Positions 1 to 10,112 of a stretch of 64,000 nucleotides of DNA are shown here, piece by piece. Source of the stretch: Candidatus Latescibacterota bacterium (GTDB lineage: Bacteria > Latescibacterota > UBA2968 > UBA8231). The position numbers and the translations under genes were made by a program. The DNA is taken from positions 2,016,001 to 2,080,000 of the forward strand of contig CBDETK010000013.1 in the NCBI GenBank assembly GCA_965242865.1. The letters run 5' to 3'. The stretch's first letter is position 1. Every line of letters begins with the position of its first letter. A model generated the notes under the pieces. The model had not been told where the DNA came from and did no database searches. It was given only the letters and a program-made list of their open reading frames with translations.

Positions 1-308
1 TGGCTAGAAACGGCAGCAACAGCCGGCAATTCTGTTTGCCCCCATGTTTTAGAACCTGCTGATGGTGAAGCACGGCTGAGGCTTCGGCGGGAATAAAAGC
101 GAAAAGCGTGCCGAAAAGCACGCCAGATAAACTGAGCCATCGGCTGATATTCTCTAAGTCCTTGAAATCAGGCGAGTTAGCTAATTCCGATTTTTTATTG
201 CCGCCGCTGCCGCCCAACCAGTCAACACGTCAAAGCGTATCCCCTCTGAAACACTACCGTTTCCAAGCGTTACAAAAAGTCGCCGCCTTGGCCCCGGTCG
301 ATAGTTGA

Positions 309-337
309 TTGACAACTGCATTTATGTTCACTATATT
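309..337 (+). promoter_or_regulatory. sigma-70 promoter upstream of parE
   Basis: TTGACA (309-314), 17-nt spacer, TATATT (332-337). Confidence 0.65.
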
Positions 338-476
338 AGACAAACGGAGTAAATTAGCAGCCGCACCCAAGAGAGCGAATCCCCTGCTTCTGTTTTCTCC
401 GCATTTAAGCGTCCCCACTGTCCGCCAGTCGCGTCCTTTCCCCACAGAGCGCGGCGCGTTCTACATTAACCCTTTT

Positions 477-2309
477 ATGAAAGCAATGGCTAAAACTGCA
501 ACCAATGGCCACGCCAACGGCAAGGCCACGTACGACGAAAGCAAGATCAAGACCCTCTCTTCACTCGAGCACATCCGCCTGCGGACCGGCATGTACATCG
601 GTCGGCTCGGCTCGGGCGACGACCCCGACGACGGCATCTATATATTGCTTAAGGAGGTCATCGACAACGCAGTCGATGAGTTCATCATGGGCTGTGGCAA
701 GCAGATCGATGTCGAAATCGACGAGGGGCGGGTCAAGGTCCGCGACTATGGCCGCGGCATTCCCCTCGGCAAAGTCGTCGAGTGCGTCTCGGTCATCAAC
801 ACCGGGGCCAAATACAACGACGATGTCTTCCAATTCAGCGTAGGGCTCAACGGCGTCGGCACCAAGGCCGTCAACGCGCTTTCCGCCCACTTCGTCGTCC
901 GTTCCTACCGCGACGGCCGGTGCGCCGAAGTGCTCTTTGAGCGCGGCGAGCTAAAAAAGCAAAAGAAGAGCCGAGCACCCAACGCGCCCGACGGCACGTA
1001 CGTCGAGTTTTTGCCCGATCCCGTCATCTTTGGCGAATGCGCCTTCAACCACGAATTCGTCGAGCGCCGGATGTGGAACTACGCCTGCCTCAACCGGGGC
1101 CTGCGCCTGTACTTCAACCGCCAAAAATTTGAATCCAAACGGGGCCTTTTCGACCTCCTCAACAGCGAAGCCGGCGACTCAGTGCTCTACCCGCCCGCTT
1201 ACTACAAGGGCCAGTATCTCGAATTTGCCTTCACGCACGTCGATAGCTACGGCGAGTCCTACCGCTCCTTTGTCAACGGCCAGTACACGGCCGACGGCGG
1301 CACCCACCAGAGCGCGTTCCGCGAGGGGGTGCTCAAGGGCGTCAACGAATTTTACAAGAAAACCTTCAACGGCGTTGATGTCCGCGATGGGGCCTTTGGC
1401 GTCGTCGCCGTCAAGGTCAAGGAGCCGGTTTTTGAGTCGCAGACCAAAAACAAGCTGGGCAATACCGACGTCCGCAGTTGGATCGTCAACCAGACCCGCG
1501 AGGCCATCGTCGATTTCCTCCACAAAAATCGAGAGACCGCGCAAAAGCTCGAAGGGCGCATTATCCACAACGAGAAGCTGCGCAAGGAGCTAAACGCGGT
1601 TAAAAAGGAAGCCAAGGAGGCGGCGCGCCGCATCGAGATCAAGATCCCCCAGCTCAAGGATTGCAAGTTTCACAAAGGCGACGACAAGCGCGGCGAAGAG
1701 TCCATGATCTTCATCGCCGAGGGTCAATCGGCGGCCGGCTCCATCGTCTCCTCGCGCGACCCGGAAACCCAAGCCATCTTCACGCTCAAGGGCAAGCCGC
1801 AAAACCTCTGCGGCAAAACCCGCGCCTCCATCTACAAAAACGAAGAGCTATACAACATGATGATGGCACTGGGCATTGAGGAGGACGTGGAAAATCTGCG
1901 CTACGACCGCGTCGTCTTGGCCACAGACGCCGACGAAGACGGCTTCCACATCCGCACCTTGCTCATGACTTTCTTCCTCACGTACTTTGAGGAGCTGGTC
2001 ACCAGTGGCCACCTCTACATTTTGGAGACCCCGCTCTTCCGGGTCCGCAACAAGCGACAGACCCTCTACTGCTACGACCAGCGCGAGCGCGAGCGCGCCG
2101 AGCACCGGCTCAAGGGCAGCGTCGAGATCACTCGCTTCAAGGGCTTGGGCGAAATCTCCCCCAAAGAATTCGGGCAGTTTATCAACGGCGACATGCGCTT
2201 GGTCAAGGTCGCCGTGCGCTCGCTAGACACCGTGCCGCAGACCCTCTCCTTTTACATGGGCAGAAACACCCCGGAACGCCGCGATTACATCATGGAGCAC
2301 TTAGTCTAA
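477..2309 (+). CDS. parE: Type II topoisomerase subunit B (topoisomerase IV ParE-like)
   Basis: HIRLRTGMYIG, EVIDNAVDE, DYGRGIP, GLNGVG (GHKL ATPase), EGQSA, DADEDG Toprim, RFKGLGE. Start taken at ATG 477 (or 486), not the upstream TTG. Confidence 0.9.
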   Translation: MKAMAKTATNGHANGKATYDESKIKTLSSLEHIRLRTGMYIGRLGSGDDPDDGIYILLKEVIDNAVDEFIMGCGKQIDVEIDEGRVKVRDYGRGIPLGKVVECVSVINTGAKYNDDVFQFSVGLNGVGTKAVNALSAHFVVRSYRDGRCAEVLFERGELKKQKKSRAPNAPDGTYVEFLPDPVIFGECAFNHEFVERRMWNYACLNRGLRLYFNRQKFESKRGLFDLLNSEAGDSVLYPPAYYKGQYLEFAFTHVDSYGESYRSFVNGQYTADGGTHQSAFREGVLKGVNEFYKKTFNGVDVRDGAFGVVAVKVKEPVFESQTKNKLGNTDVRSWIVNQTREAIVDFLHKNRETAQKLEGRIIHNEKLRKELNAVKKEAKEAARRIEIKIPQLKDCKFHKGDDKRGEESMIFIAEGQSAAGSIVSSRDPETQAIFTLKGKPQNLCGKTRASIYKNEELYNMMMALGIEEDVENLRYDRVVLATDADEDGFHIRTLLMTFFLTYFEELVTSGHLYILETPLFRVRNKRQTLYCYDQRERERAEHRLKGSVEITRFKGLGEISPKEFGQFINGDMRLVKVAVRSLDTVPQTLSFYMGRNTPERRDYIMEHLV

Positions 2310-4198
2310 TGGCCTATATCGACCACTTATACGAGAGCTACTTCCTCAAATACGCCTCGTACTACATTAAGGATCGCGCCATCCCACACCTCGACGACGG
2401 GCTTAAGCCCGTCCAGCGGCGCATCCTCTACGCGCTCCAGCAGATTGACGACGGCAAATTCCACAAGGTCGCCAATGTAGTCGGCCAAACCATGCAGTAC
2501 CACCCGCACGGCGACCAGTCGATTTACGGCGCCTTAGTCGTCCTCGCCAACAAGGACCTTTTCATCGAGAAACAGGGCAATTTCGGCAACATCTACACGG
2601 GCGACGAAGCCGCGGCCGCGCGCTATATCGAGTGCCGCCTCACGCCCTTGGCCAAGGAAGCCCTGTTCAACAAATCGCTTACTCCCTACGTCCCTTCGTA
2701 CGACGGGCGCAACGAAGAACCCGTGGTTTTTCCCGCCAAGCTCCCGGTGCTCCTCGCCCAAGGGGCCGAGGGCATTGCCATCGGCATGGCCACCAAAATT
2801 CTGCCGCACAACCTCGTCGAGCTCCTACAAGCCCAAGTCGCATACCTACAAGACCGGCCCTTTGCCATTCACCCGGATTTTCCCACCGGCGGGTTGGCCG
2901 ACCTTTCGGAGTACAACGACGGCAACGGCAAGGTCTTAGTCCGCGCCCGGCTCGACGCTTCCGACCCCAAGCGCATCCTCATCCGCGAGATTCCCTTCGG
3001 CACCACCACCGAACAACTCATCGCTTCCATAGAAGACGCGGCGCGCAAAAACAAGATCAAGATCGGCACCATCAGCGACTACACGGCCGAAGAGGTTGAG
3101 ATCGAAATCAAACTGCCGCGCGGCACGTACACCGAAGAGATCGTGGATGCGCTCTACGCCTTCACGGACTGCGAGACGTCGATTTCGACCCACCTGATGC
3201 TGATCAACCAGCAGGACAAGCCCCAAGTCATGAGCGCGACCGAAGTCTTGCAGCACAACGTCGATCGCCTCGTCGATATCCTCAAGGCCGAGCTGCACCT
3301 CGAATCCGACCAACTCAACGACCGGCTCCACGCCCGGACCTTGGAGCAGATTTTCATTGCCAACCGCGTGTACGAGGCCATTGAGAGCGAAGCCTCCTCC
3401 GAGCAGATCGCCGAGGCCGTACGGGCGGGGCTTGTGCCGTTTGCCGCCCAAATCAAACGCGCCGTCACGGCCGACGACATCGACGCCTTGCTCGCCATAC
3501 CAATCCGCCGCATCTCGCTCTACGACACCAACCGCGCCCAAAAGGAAATGGCCCAGATCCGCGGCCGGCTGCGCGAGATCAAGGGCCATTTAGACGGCAT
3601 CATCCCCTACGCCATTTCCTTTCTCCAAGACCTGATTAGCCGCTACCGCAGCCAGTTCCCGCGCCGCACCAAAATCGTGGAGCTCAAAAGAGTCGACGCT
3701 CGCTCGGCAGCCAACCGCAACCTCAAGCTCCGCTACGACAAAAAGACTGGCTATCTCGGCCATCAAATCAACGGCCCGGCCCTGTTCGACGTATCGCTCT
3801 ACGACAACGTACTCGCCATCCGCAAGGACGGCTCGTACTCGGTCGTCCAAGCGCCGGACAAGCTCTTCGTCGGCAAGGGCTTGCTCCACTGCGGCTTGGT
3901 CGATAAGGACCTAATTTTTAGCATCGTCTATAAGGACAAGGCCGGTGCCTCCTACATCAAGCGCTGCACAATTGACAAATTCATCTTAGGCCGCAGCTAT
4001 GAGCTAGTCCCGGCCGAGTGCAAGGTCCTCAAGCTGACGACCGACTCCGACAAAAAGATCGCCCTCGACTACAAGCCCAAGCCGCGCCTCCGCAAGCTCA
4101 ACGAGGTATTCCCCATCGGCCAATATCCCGTGCGTGGACACCGCGCCGGCGGCATTCGCCTGACGACCAAGGAACTAGCCGGGTGTAAGCTGGTGTGA
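2309..4198 (+). CDS. parC: Type II topoisomerase subunit A (topoisomerase IV ParC-like)
   Basis: [35 protein letters not shown] catalytic Tyr, [15 protein letters not shown]; overlaps parE stop (TAATG). Confidence 0.9.
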   Translation: MAYIDHLYESYFLKYASYYIKDRAIPHLDDGLKPVQRRILYALQQIDDGKFHKVANVVGQTMQYHPHGDQSIYGALVVLANKDLFIEKQGNFGNIYTGDEAAAARYIECRLTPLAKEALFNKSLTPYVPSYDGRNEEPVVFPAKLPVLLAQGAEGIAIGMATKILPHNLVELLQAQVAYLQDRPFAIHPDFPTGGLADLSEYNDGNGKVLVRARLDASDPKRILIREIPFGTTTEQLIASIEDAARKNKIKIGTISDYTAEEVEIEIKLPRGTYTEEIVDALYAFTDCETSISTHLMLINQQDKPQVMSATEVLQHNVDRLVDILKAELHLESDQLNDRLHARTLEQIFIANRVYEAIESEASSEQIAEAVRAGLVPFAAQIKRAVTADDIDALLAIPIRRISLYDTNRAQKEMAQIRGRLREIKGHLDGIIPYAISFLQDLISRYRSQFPRRTKIVELKRVDARSAANRNLKLRYDKKTGYLGHQINGPALFDVSLYDNVLAIRKDGSYSVVQAPDKLFVGKGLLHCGLVDKDLIFSIVYKDKAGASYIKRCTIDKFILGRSYELVPAECKVLKLTTDSDKKIALDYKPKPRLRKLNEVFPIGQYPVRGHRAGGIRLTTKELAGCKLV

Positions 4199-4296
4199 GC
4201 GGCCCTCAGCCGCTGCACTAATTCATATTCTACGCTGTTAGATATTTGGCTATATTACCGGCAGTAGGCTCATTATCAACCCTATTTTTCCTAAGA

Positions 4297-4316
4297 AATG
4301 ATTTAGGATTGCTATA
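4297..4316. repeat. Solo MITE terminal inverted repeat abutting the RM start codon
   Basis: aatgatttaggattgctata is the reverse complement (1 mismatch) of the left end of the MITE at 11957 (tatagcaatcctatatcatt). Confidence 0.65.
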
Positions 4317-7300
4317 TGGCGACAAGACAGGTCCTTAGAAGCCATCTCCGGGCGTATTACGACAGCTTGAAAACTACCTTTGCGACCAATCAGGCGACTG
4401 AGCACAGCTACCGCTCGGCCCTTGAGACCCTGGTTCAAGGGTTGGACAGCCAACAAGTTCGTGCTCTCAATGAGCCTAAGCGCATCGCTTGCGGTGCGCC
4501 CGATTTTATCGTTGAGCGGGGAGGGGTACCAATCGGCCATATCGAATGCAAGGATATCGGCGAACCCTTAGATCGCATCGAGAAAGACCCGCAACTGAAA
4601 CGCTACCGCGAGAGTCTGCCGAATCTGATCCTGACCGATCATTTAGAATTTCGCTGGTATGCAGAAGGGGAGTTGCGTCTAACAGCGCGGCTTGCACGCA
4701 TCGCCAGTCCAGATCGGATCGCCGTTGACGAGGCCGGAGCTTCCCAAGTTGCCGAATTGTTCACCGCGTTCTTTGCTGCTGACCTGCCATCCATCGGCAG
4801 ACCGCGTGAACTAGCCGAGCGCATGGCGGGCAAGGCGCGGCTACTCCGCGACAGCATTGAGCGCATCTTGGCGCAAGAAGCTGACAGCCCTCTGCACGAC
4901 TTGTTCGCCGGCTACCGCGAGGTGCTGATCGCCGACTTATCAGAACCCGACTTTGCCGACTTGCAGGCGCAGACAGCCGCTTACGGCCTGTTTGCAGCGC
5001 GGTGCCGACACGAACCTGTCAATGGACCTTTTACCCGACAGTCCGCCGCGTTTGCCGAGACCACGCCCTTTTTGCGAGATGTCTTTGGGCGGATTGCCGG
5101 GCCGGGGATGGACGAGCGGATCGCTTGGATCGTCGATGATCTGGCGTACCTGTTAGACCGAGCGGATATGGCGTCTATTCTGTCCGAGTTCGGCAAGAAG
5201 ACCCGGGGAGAAGACCCGGTAGTGCATTTCTACGAGGATTTCTTGGCGGCTTACGATCCGCACCTGCGTGAGATGCGTGGCGTGTACTATACGCCCGAAC
5301 CCGTGGTGTCTTATATCGTGCGGAGCGTGGACCACTTGTTGCGTACTCGGTTTGGCTTAGCCGATGGGCTGGCCGACACGGCGACGGTCGCGTCCCAAAA
5401 TGGGGGATCACCCCATCCACGAGTACTAATTCTCGACCCGGCGGCGGGCACGGGAACCTTCTTGCGCGAAGTGGTCTCCACCATCCGCAAGACCATTGAA
5501 GCGAAGGGATTAGGCGGTGCTTGGCCGAGCTACGTACATGAGCATCTTTTGCCGCGTCTGTTTGGGTTTGAGTTGCTGATGGCCCCTTATTCGATCTGCC
5601 ATCTGAAACTCGCGCTTGAAATTGGCGGGATAGACCGCGGCTTTGCCATGCCCGCCAGCGAGCGGCTCAATGTCTTCCTCACCAACGCCTTAGAAAAGGC
5701 GCACGAAGGGCCTATTCCCTCGCTATTCGTTCACGAAATAGCCCGCGAAGCGACCGGCGCGGATGAGATCAAGCGCGAGAAGCCAGTGATGGTGATCTTG
5801 GGCAACCCTCCCTATTCTGGACACTCGGCTAATAAAGGCGAGTGGATCAACAAATTGTTGAAAGGACGAGATGGAGAGCAAACAACAGGCAACTATTTTG
5901 AGGTGGACGGACAACCACTTGGCGAAAAAAATTCCAAGTGGCTAAACGACGACTATGTAAAATTCATCCGCTTTGCCCAATGGCGTATTGAGCGCACTGG
6001 CGAAGGCGTGCTGGGCTTCGTGACCAACCACAGCTATTTGGACAACCGGACCTTTCGCGGGATGCGCCGTAGCTTGATGAAAACCTTTGATGAGATCTAT
6101 TTGCTCGACCTGCACGGCAACGTGCGGCAAAGAGAGCATACCCCTGATGGCGGCAAAGATGAAAACGTGTTCGACATTCAGCAGGGCGTTTCTATTAGTC
6201 TATTTGTCAAATACAAAGATGTGGGTAGCGAGCCGTGTCGAATGTTTCATGCCGACTTGTGGGGAGAATGTGAGAACGGACCAGCCGGTAAATATGGCTG
6301 GCTCGTCGCCAACGGTGTCGATACCACCAAATGGAAAGAACTGTCGCCAAAATCGCCAGACTATATATTTGTGCCGCGAGACGAGGATCTGTTAGAAGAA
6401 TACAAAACAGGCTGGAAAGTCACGGACATTTTCCCAGACAATTCGACAGGTATTGTAAGCAAAAGAGATAAAATTGCTTTTCACTTTGAACAAAACGACT
6501 TGTACAAAGTGTTAAATGATTTCCACACTCTCGACGAGCATATTCTTAAAGAAAACTATAACTTCAGAGAAAGCAGAGATGGCAAGATAGGCTTTGTTAA
6601 GGAACATATTCAAAGTTATGGAATTAAGGATGAGTACGTAAAGCTTTGTCTATATAGGCCCTTTGATTATAGATGGACATACTACACGGATAAATCAAAA
6701 GGGTTTTTGGGATGGCCTGTGTATGAAGTCATGCGACATCTACTAGCCGGATCGAATCTTGGATTATGCATTGGCCGGGCCGGTCAAGTTACGGGTTCGG
6801 ACTTCTGGGATGTCGCGTTCGTCTCAAAATTTCCATCGGACTTTAATTTATTTCGGCGTGGTGGAAATTGTCTCTTTCCGCTCTATATATATCCAGCCGA
6901 AAAAGAAAAGAAATTCGGCAGTACCCGAACTCCAAACCTCAATCCCAAGTTTATCGAGGCAGTTGAAAAAGCCACTGACCTCAACTTCATCCCCGACGGC
7001 CCCGGCGACCTCAAAACTACCTTCGGCCCAGAGAATGTCTTCCACTACCTCTACGCCGTGCTCCACAGCCCAGAATACCGCCGCCGCTACGCCGACTTTC
7101 TCAAGTCAGATTTTCCCCGCATTCCCGTGACCAACTGCGCGGCACTGTTTGAGTCGCTCGCCGCGCTTGGGAAGCGGCTGACGGCCCTGCACTTAATGGA
7201 GCTCGATGAGGGCGAGGCCCCCGTCTTTCCGGTCGCTGGCGACAATCGAGTAGAAAAGGTGAGCTACGCGCCGTCACAGAAGCGGGTGTGGATCAACGGC

Positions 7301-7603
7301 AAGCAGTATTTTGACGGCATCGCGCAGCAGACTTGGGAATTCACCATTGGTGGCTACCAGCCGGCCGAGAAGTGGCTCAAGAACCGCAAAAATCGCACCC
7401 TCTCATACGACGACATTGGCCATTACTGCCGCCTCTGCGCGGCCTTGGCCGAGACGCCGCGCATCATGGCCAAAATTGACAAAACAATCGACGCCTATGG
7501 CGGTTGGCCGCTAGTTCAGGACGATTACCTGCGTGGCCTCTATCAGACGTTGAGCGAAGAATGGACCTCTCCAGAAGATGAGGAGGCTTGGTGTGCCCTT
7601 TGA
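4316..7603 (+). CDS. Single-chain type IIG/ISP-like RM enzyme (nuclease + N6-adenine MTase + specificity domain) with an antitoxin-like C-terminal tail
   Basis: PDF...IECK nuclease motif, GVYYTP, LDPAAGTGTF, GNPPY, C-terminal FTIGGYQPAEKWLKNRK...GGWPL; then extra tail QDDYLRGLYQTLSEEWTSPEDEEAWCAL. Confidence 0.85.
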   Translation: MATRQVLRSHLRAYYDSLKTTFATNQATEHSYRSALETLVQGLDSQQVRALNEPKRIACGAPDFIVERGGVPIGHIECKDIGEPLDRIEKDPQLKRYRESLPNLILTDHLEFRWYAEGELRLTARLARIASPDRIAVDEAGASQVAELFTAFFAADLPSIGRPRELAERMAGKARLLRDSIERILAQEADSPLHDLFAGYREVLIADLSEPDFADLQAQTAAYGLFAARCRHEPVNGPFTRQSAAFAETTPFLRDVFGRIAGPGMDERIAWIVDDLAYLLDRADMASILSEFGKKTRGEDPVVHFYEDFLAAYDPHLREMRGVYYTPEPVVSYIVRSVDHLLRTRFGLADGLADTATVASQNGGSPHPRVLILDPAAGTGTFLREVVSTIRKTIEAKGLGGAWPSYVHEHLLPRLFGFELLMAPYSICHLKLALEIGGIDRGFAMPASERLNVFLTNALEKAHEGPIPSLFVHEIAREATGADEIKREKPVMVILGNPPYSGHSANKGEWINKLLKGRDGEQTTGNYFEVDGQPLGEKNSKWLNDDYVKFIRFAQWRIERTGEGVLGFVTNHSYLDNRTFRGMRRSLMKTFDEIYLLDLHGNVRQREHTPDGGKDENVFDIQQGVSISLFVKYKDVGSEPCRMFHADLWGECENGPAGKYGWLVANGVDTTKWKELSPKSPDYIFVPRDEDLLEEYKTGWKVTDIFPDNSTGIVSKRDKIAFHFEQNDLYKVLNDFHTLDEHILKENYNFRESRDGKIGFVKEHIQSYGIKDEYVKLCLYRPFDYRWTYYTDKSKGFLGWPVYEVMRHLLAGSNLGLCIGRAGQVTGSDFWDVAFVSKFPSDFNLFRRGGNCLFPLYIYPAEKEKKFGSTRTPNLNPKFIEAVEKATDLNFIPDGPGDLKTTFGPENVFHYLYAVLHSPEYRRRYADFLKSDFPRIPVTNCAALFESLAALGKRLTALHLMELDEGEAPVFPVAGDNRVEKVSYAPSQKRVWINGKQYFDGIAQQTWEFTIGGYQPAEKWLKNRKNRTLSYDDIGHYCRLCAALAETPRIMAKIDKTIDAYGGWPLVQDDYLRGLYQTLSEEWTSPEDEEAWCAL

Positions 7604-7925
7604 TCCGTTCGATGTCGTCGTCGTTCCCTTCCCCTTCGCAGACCTCAGTAAAAAGAAATGCCGCCCAGCACTAGTCGTCTCTTCAGTGAGCTTCAATCAG
7701 GTCCACGCGCAAACAATCCTCGCCATGATTACGAGCACGAAAAACAGATGGCCAAGCGATATAGTCATTGAGGATTGGCGGGAAGCCGGCCTCAATGTAC
7801 CTTGCAAAATCCGCCTCAAGCTCTTCACGCTCGATAATAAATCGGTGATATGCAAAATCGGCAGGCTGTCGAAACGGGACGAGAAATCCATCGTAGCTAC
7901 TCTCGCCGCTTCACTGACGAAGTAG
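7593..7925 (+). CDS. mazF: PemK/MazF-family toxin (endoribonuclease)
   Basis: FDVVVVPFPFADLSKKKCRPALVVS...AMITS...AGL; SD AGGAGG 7581-7586 before GTG 7593; overlaps end of RM gene. Confidence 0.85.
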   Translation: MPFDPFDVVVVPFPFADLSKKKCRPALVVSSVSFNQVHAQTILAMITSTKNRWPSDIVIEDWREAGLNVPCKIRLKLFTLDNKSVICKIGRLSKRDEKSIVATLAASLTK

Positions 7926-7930
7926 CTCCT

Positions 7931-7949
7931 CAGCAAGGAAAACGCCATG
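7931..7949 (+). repeat. 19-bp direct repeat copy 1 (RBS+ATG of pepF)
   Basis: cagcaaggaaaacgccatg identical to 10113-10131. Confidence 0.85.
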
Positions 7950-7959
7950 GCTGCACTGA

Positions 7960-8310
7960 TTCAAATCCCTTTTTTCTCGTAAGAAATGGAGTAATTCCAG
8001 TCTAGGGCTTGATGGAGAAGGTCTCCAAAGACGTTTTGACCTTACAGACGCCATTATTGATGTAAGTACCCTGATATTGTTTGGCAGTTTGTCAACTAAT
8101 GACTTCTTGCCAGAAGAAGTCGAAGATAAATGTATTATTGGTTCAATGCTCGGCGACAGGCCAAAATTGGAAAAATACATTAAAGAACGATATATTTGGG
8201 TCAGTCGAATTACTGGAGGAGCAACGTCCAATAGGATGGGGTATCTAGCTCAAAATTATGTCAAGGAGCGCTTGATCCAATATCTCCCAAGTTGGAATTT
8301 TTCACAGACT
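7960..8310 (+). pseudogene. Internal fragment of a type II restriction endonuclease (BanI/HgiCI-like), in frame with the downstream MTase
   Basis: FKSL...SNSSLGLDG...ILFGS...KCIIGSMLG...ERYIWVSRITGGATSN, recalled as BanI-family-like; frame opens after TGA 7957-7959 with no proper start. Confidence 0.5.
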
Positions 8311-10071
8311 ATGAAAATGGCCCATAGAAGTGAAAACTGCAAATCTCTAGACATCTCAACAAGGACATTTGCAGATTTGCAAAAATTGTCGTCAAAGTCA
8401 TTGCGTCCAGATGTATGGCTTTTCCATTTGACGACAGAAATTGGTTTCGACGATGAAATTCCTATAGAAACCCTTAATCAGGGATTCGCCGATTTCCTTA
8501 AAAAATTGCCTGAAGAAAGTACAATTTGTTTTTTAGCAAATCCTCGTATAGCTTGCTATGTGGTAGAAGAATTTCAGAACCGCGTCAACTTCAAACTTTG
8601 GATTGCTGTCAAGCGCAAAAAAAATATACTACGATTGAATGCTTTGCCAGATAGCCATATTGCTCTTTTAGTTTTTACCCGTTGCAAAGGTTCTTTAAGA
8701 CACAATAAGACTCAAATAGAATATACGTACTGTCCTGCTTGTAAGAAAACAACAAAGGACTACGGAGGCAAGAAGCATATTTATAGCCCTTATGGGACGC
8801 TTATGTCTGATATTTGGCGAGACATTTCTTATGATAATGACGCAAAACCAAGAGCTATTCTGAACAGACTGAAGGATCTCTTTGGACATGAACCTTATCG
8901 CGAACTGATTTACTGCGATGTTAGGAACTTTCTTACGTGTTCCAACAAGAGAAAATTCCACTCTGCAAACGGAATAATCAATAACCCCGGCGAGAGTCGT
9001 TTACTCAATGGAGATTGTTTAGATGTCCTCAAGAACATTCCTGAAAATTCCGTAGATTTTATTTTTGCTGATCCTCCATATAATATAAAAAAGAAATACG
9101 ATAACTGGAATGATGCCCAAGACATTAGTAATTACTTCTCATGGTGCGACCAATGGATAGCTGAATCAGCTAGAATTTTGAAACCCGGTCGGACTTTTGC
9201 AATTATAAATATTCCTCTCTGGATCGTCAGACACTTTTCGTTCGCACAAAGCATTTTGGATTACCAAGATTGGATAGTTTGGGAGGGCTTGAGCTTGCCC
9301 GTCAGAAAAATTATGCCGGCCCATTACGGAATAATTTGTTTTAGTAAAGGCCATCCAATCGAAATTGCCAATCATCAAAAGAAAGCCCGTAGAGAAACCC
9401 CCCAAGACTTTATGAGCCTCAAACCATGGTATTGTGTTAGGGCTTCTTGTATTAAAAAAAGAAATGCAGCCAAAATTACCGACCGACAGCCGATTGGAAA
9501 TTTATGGTGGGACATTCACAGACTAAAGCACAATTCAAAAAGAGTTGATCATCCATGTCAACTACCCCCATCACTAATGAAGCGACTTATCTACACCTTT
9601 ACCAAAGAAGGAGATCTTGTTTTAGATCCTTTTAACGGCGCGGGTACAACGACCTTAACATCAAAGATGCTTGGCAGAAAATTCATTGGAATTGAATTGT
9701 CGGCTAAATATCATGCAATTGCCGAACAGAGACATTTAGAGCTGCAAAAAGGGAGAGACCCGTTTGCAAAAAATGGCACTACTCCAAAAGCAAAGAATAG
9801 TCGAGTTGCAAGACTACAAAAACAGAAGTATGAAGTGCCAAAAAAAACACTCCAGATCGAAGTCAAGGAGATTGCTATCAAACTGGGACGCCGGCCCGAT
9901 AGAGAAGATATTATTAGACTCAGCAAATACCCAATTCGTTATTTTGACGAATACTTCATCGACTGGGGAGAAGTGTGTAGTGCCGTTGGCGACAAAGGAA
10001 TGACTGAAAATTTCTCTCAATCCATTAGCACTCGACCCGACGATCAACAAATGGAACTCTCTTTTGGATAG
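8311..10071 (+). CDS. Beta-class N4/N6 DNA methyltransferase with extra N- and C-terminal domains
   Basis: GDCL..L, FADPPYN, HPCQLP, LDPFNGAGTT (motif IV before motif I); AT-rich; start uncertain (frame open from 7960). Confidence 0.85.
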   Translation: MKMAHRSENCKSLDISTRTFADLQKLSSKSLRPDVWLFHLTTEIGFDDEIPIETLNQGFADFLKKLPEESTICFLANPRIACYVVEEFQNRVNFKLWIAVKRKKNILRLNALPDSHIALLVFTRCKGSLRHNKTQIEYTYCPACKKTTKDYGGKKHIYSPYGTLMSDIWRDISYDNDAKPRAILNRLKDLFGHEPYRELIYCDVRNFLTCSNKRKFHSANGIINNPGESRLLNGDCLDVLKNIPENSVDFIFADPPYNIKKKYDNWNDAQDISNYFSWCDQWIAESARILKPGRTFAIINIPLWIVRHFSFAQSILDYQDWIVWEGLSLPVRKIMPAHYGIICFSKGHPIEIANHQKKARRETPQDFMSLKPWYCVRASCIKKRNAAKITDRQPIGNLWWDIHRLKHNSKRVDHPCQLPPSLMKRLIYTFTKEGDLVLDPFNGAGTTTLTSKMLGRKFIGIELSAKYHAIAEQRHLELQKGRDPFAKNGTTPKAKNSRVARLQKQKYEVPKKTLQIEVKEIAIKLGRRPDREDIIRLSKYPIRYFDEYFIDWGEVCSAVGDKGMTENFSQSISTRPDDQQMELSFG

Positions 10072-10112
10072 AATTTGCCTTTGTGCCAGAGGGGACTGTT
10101 CTTTTAGCCACA

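Noticed and set aside
4316-7603. Complete helicase-containing type ISP enzyme
   Set aside because: No SF2 helicase motifs in either RM ORF; both are nuclease-MTase-specificity only.
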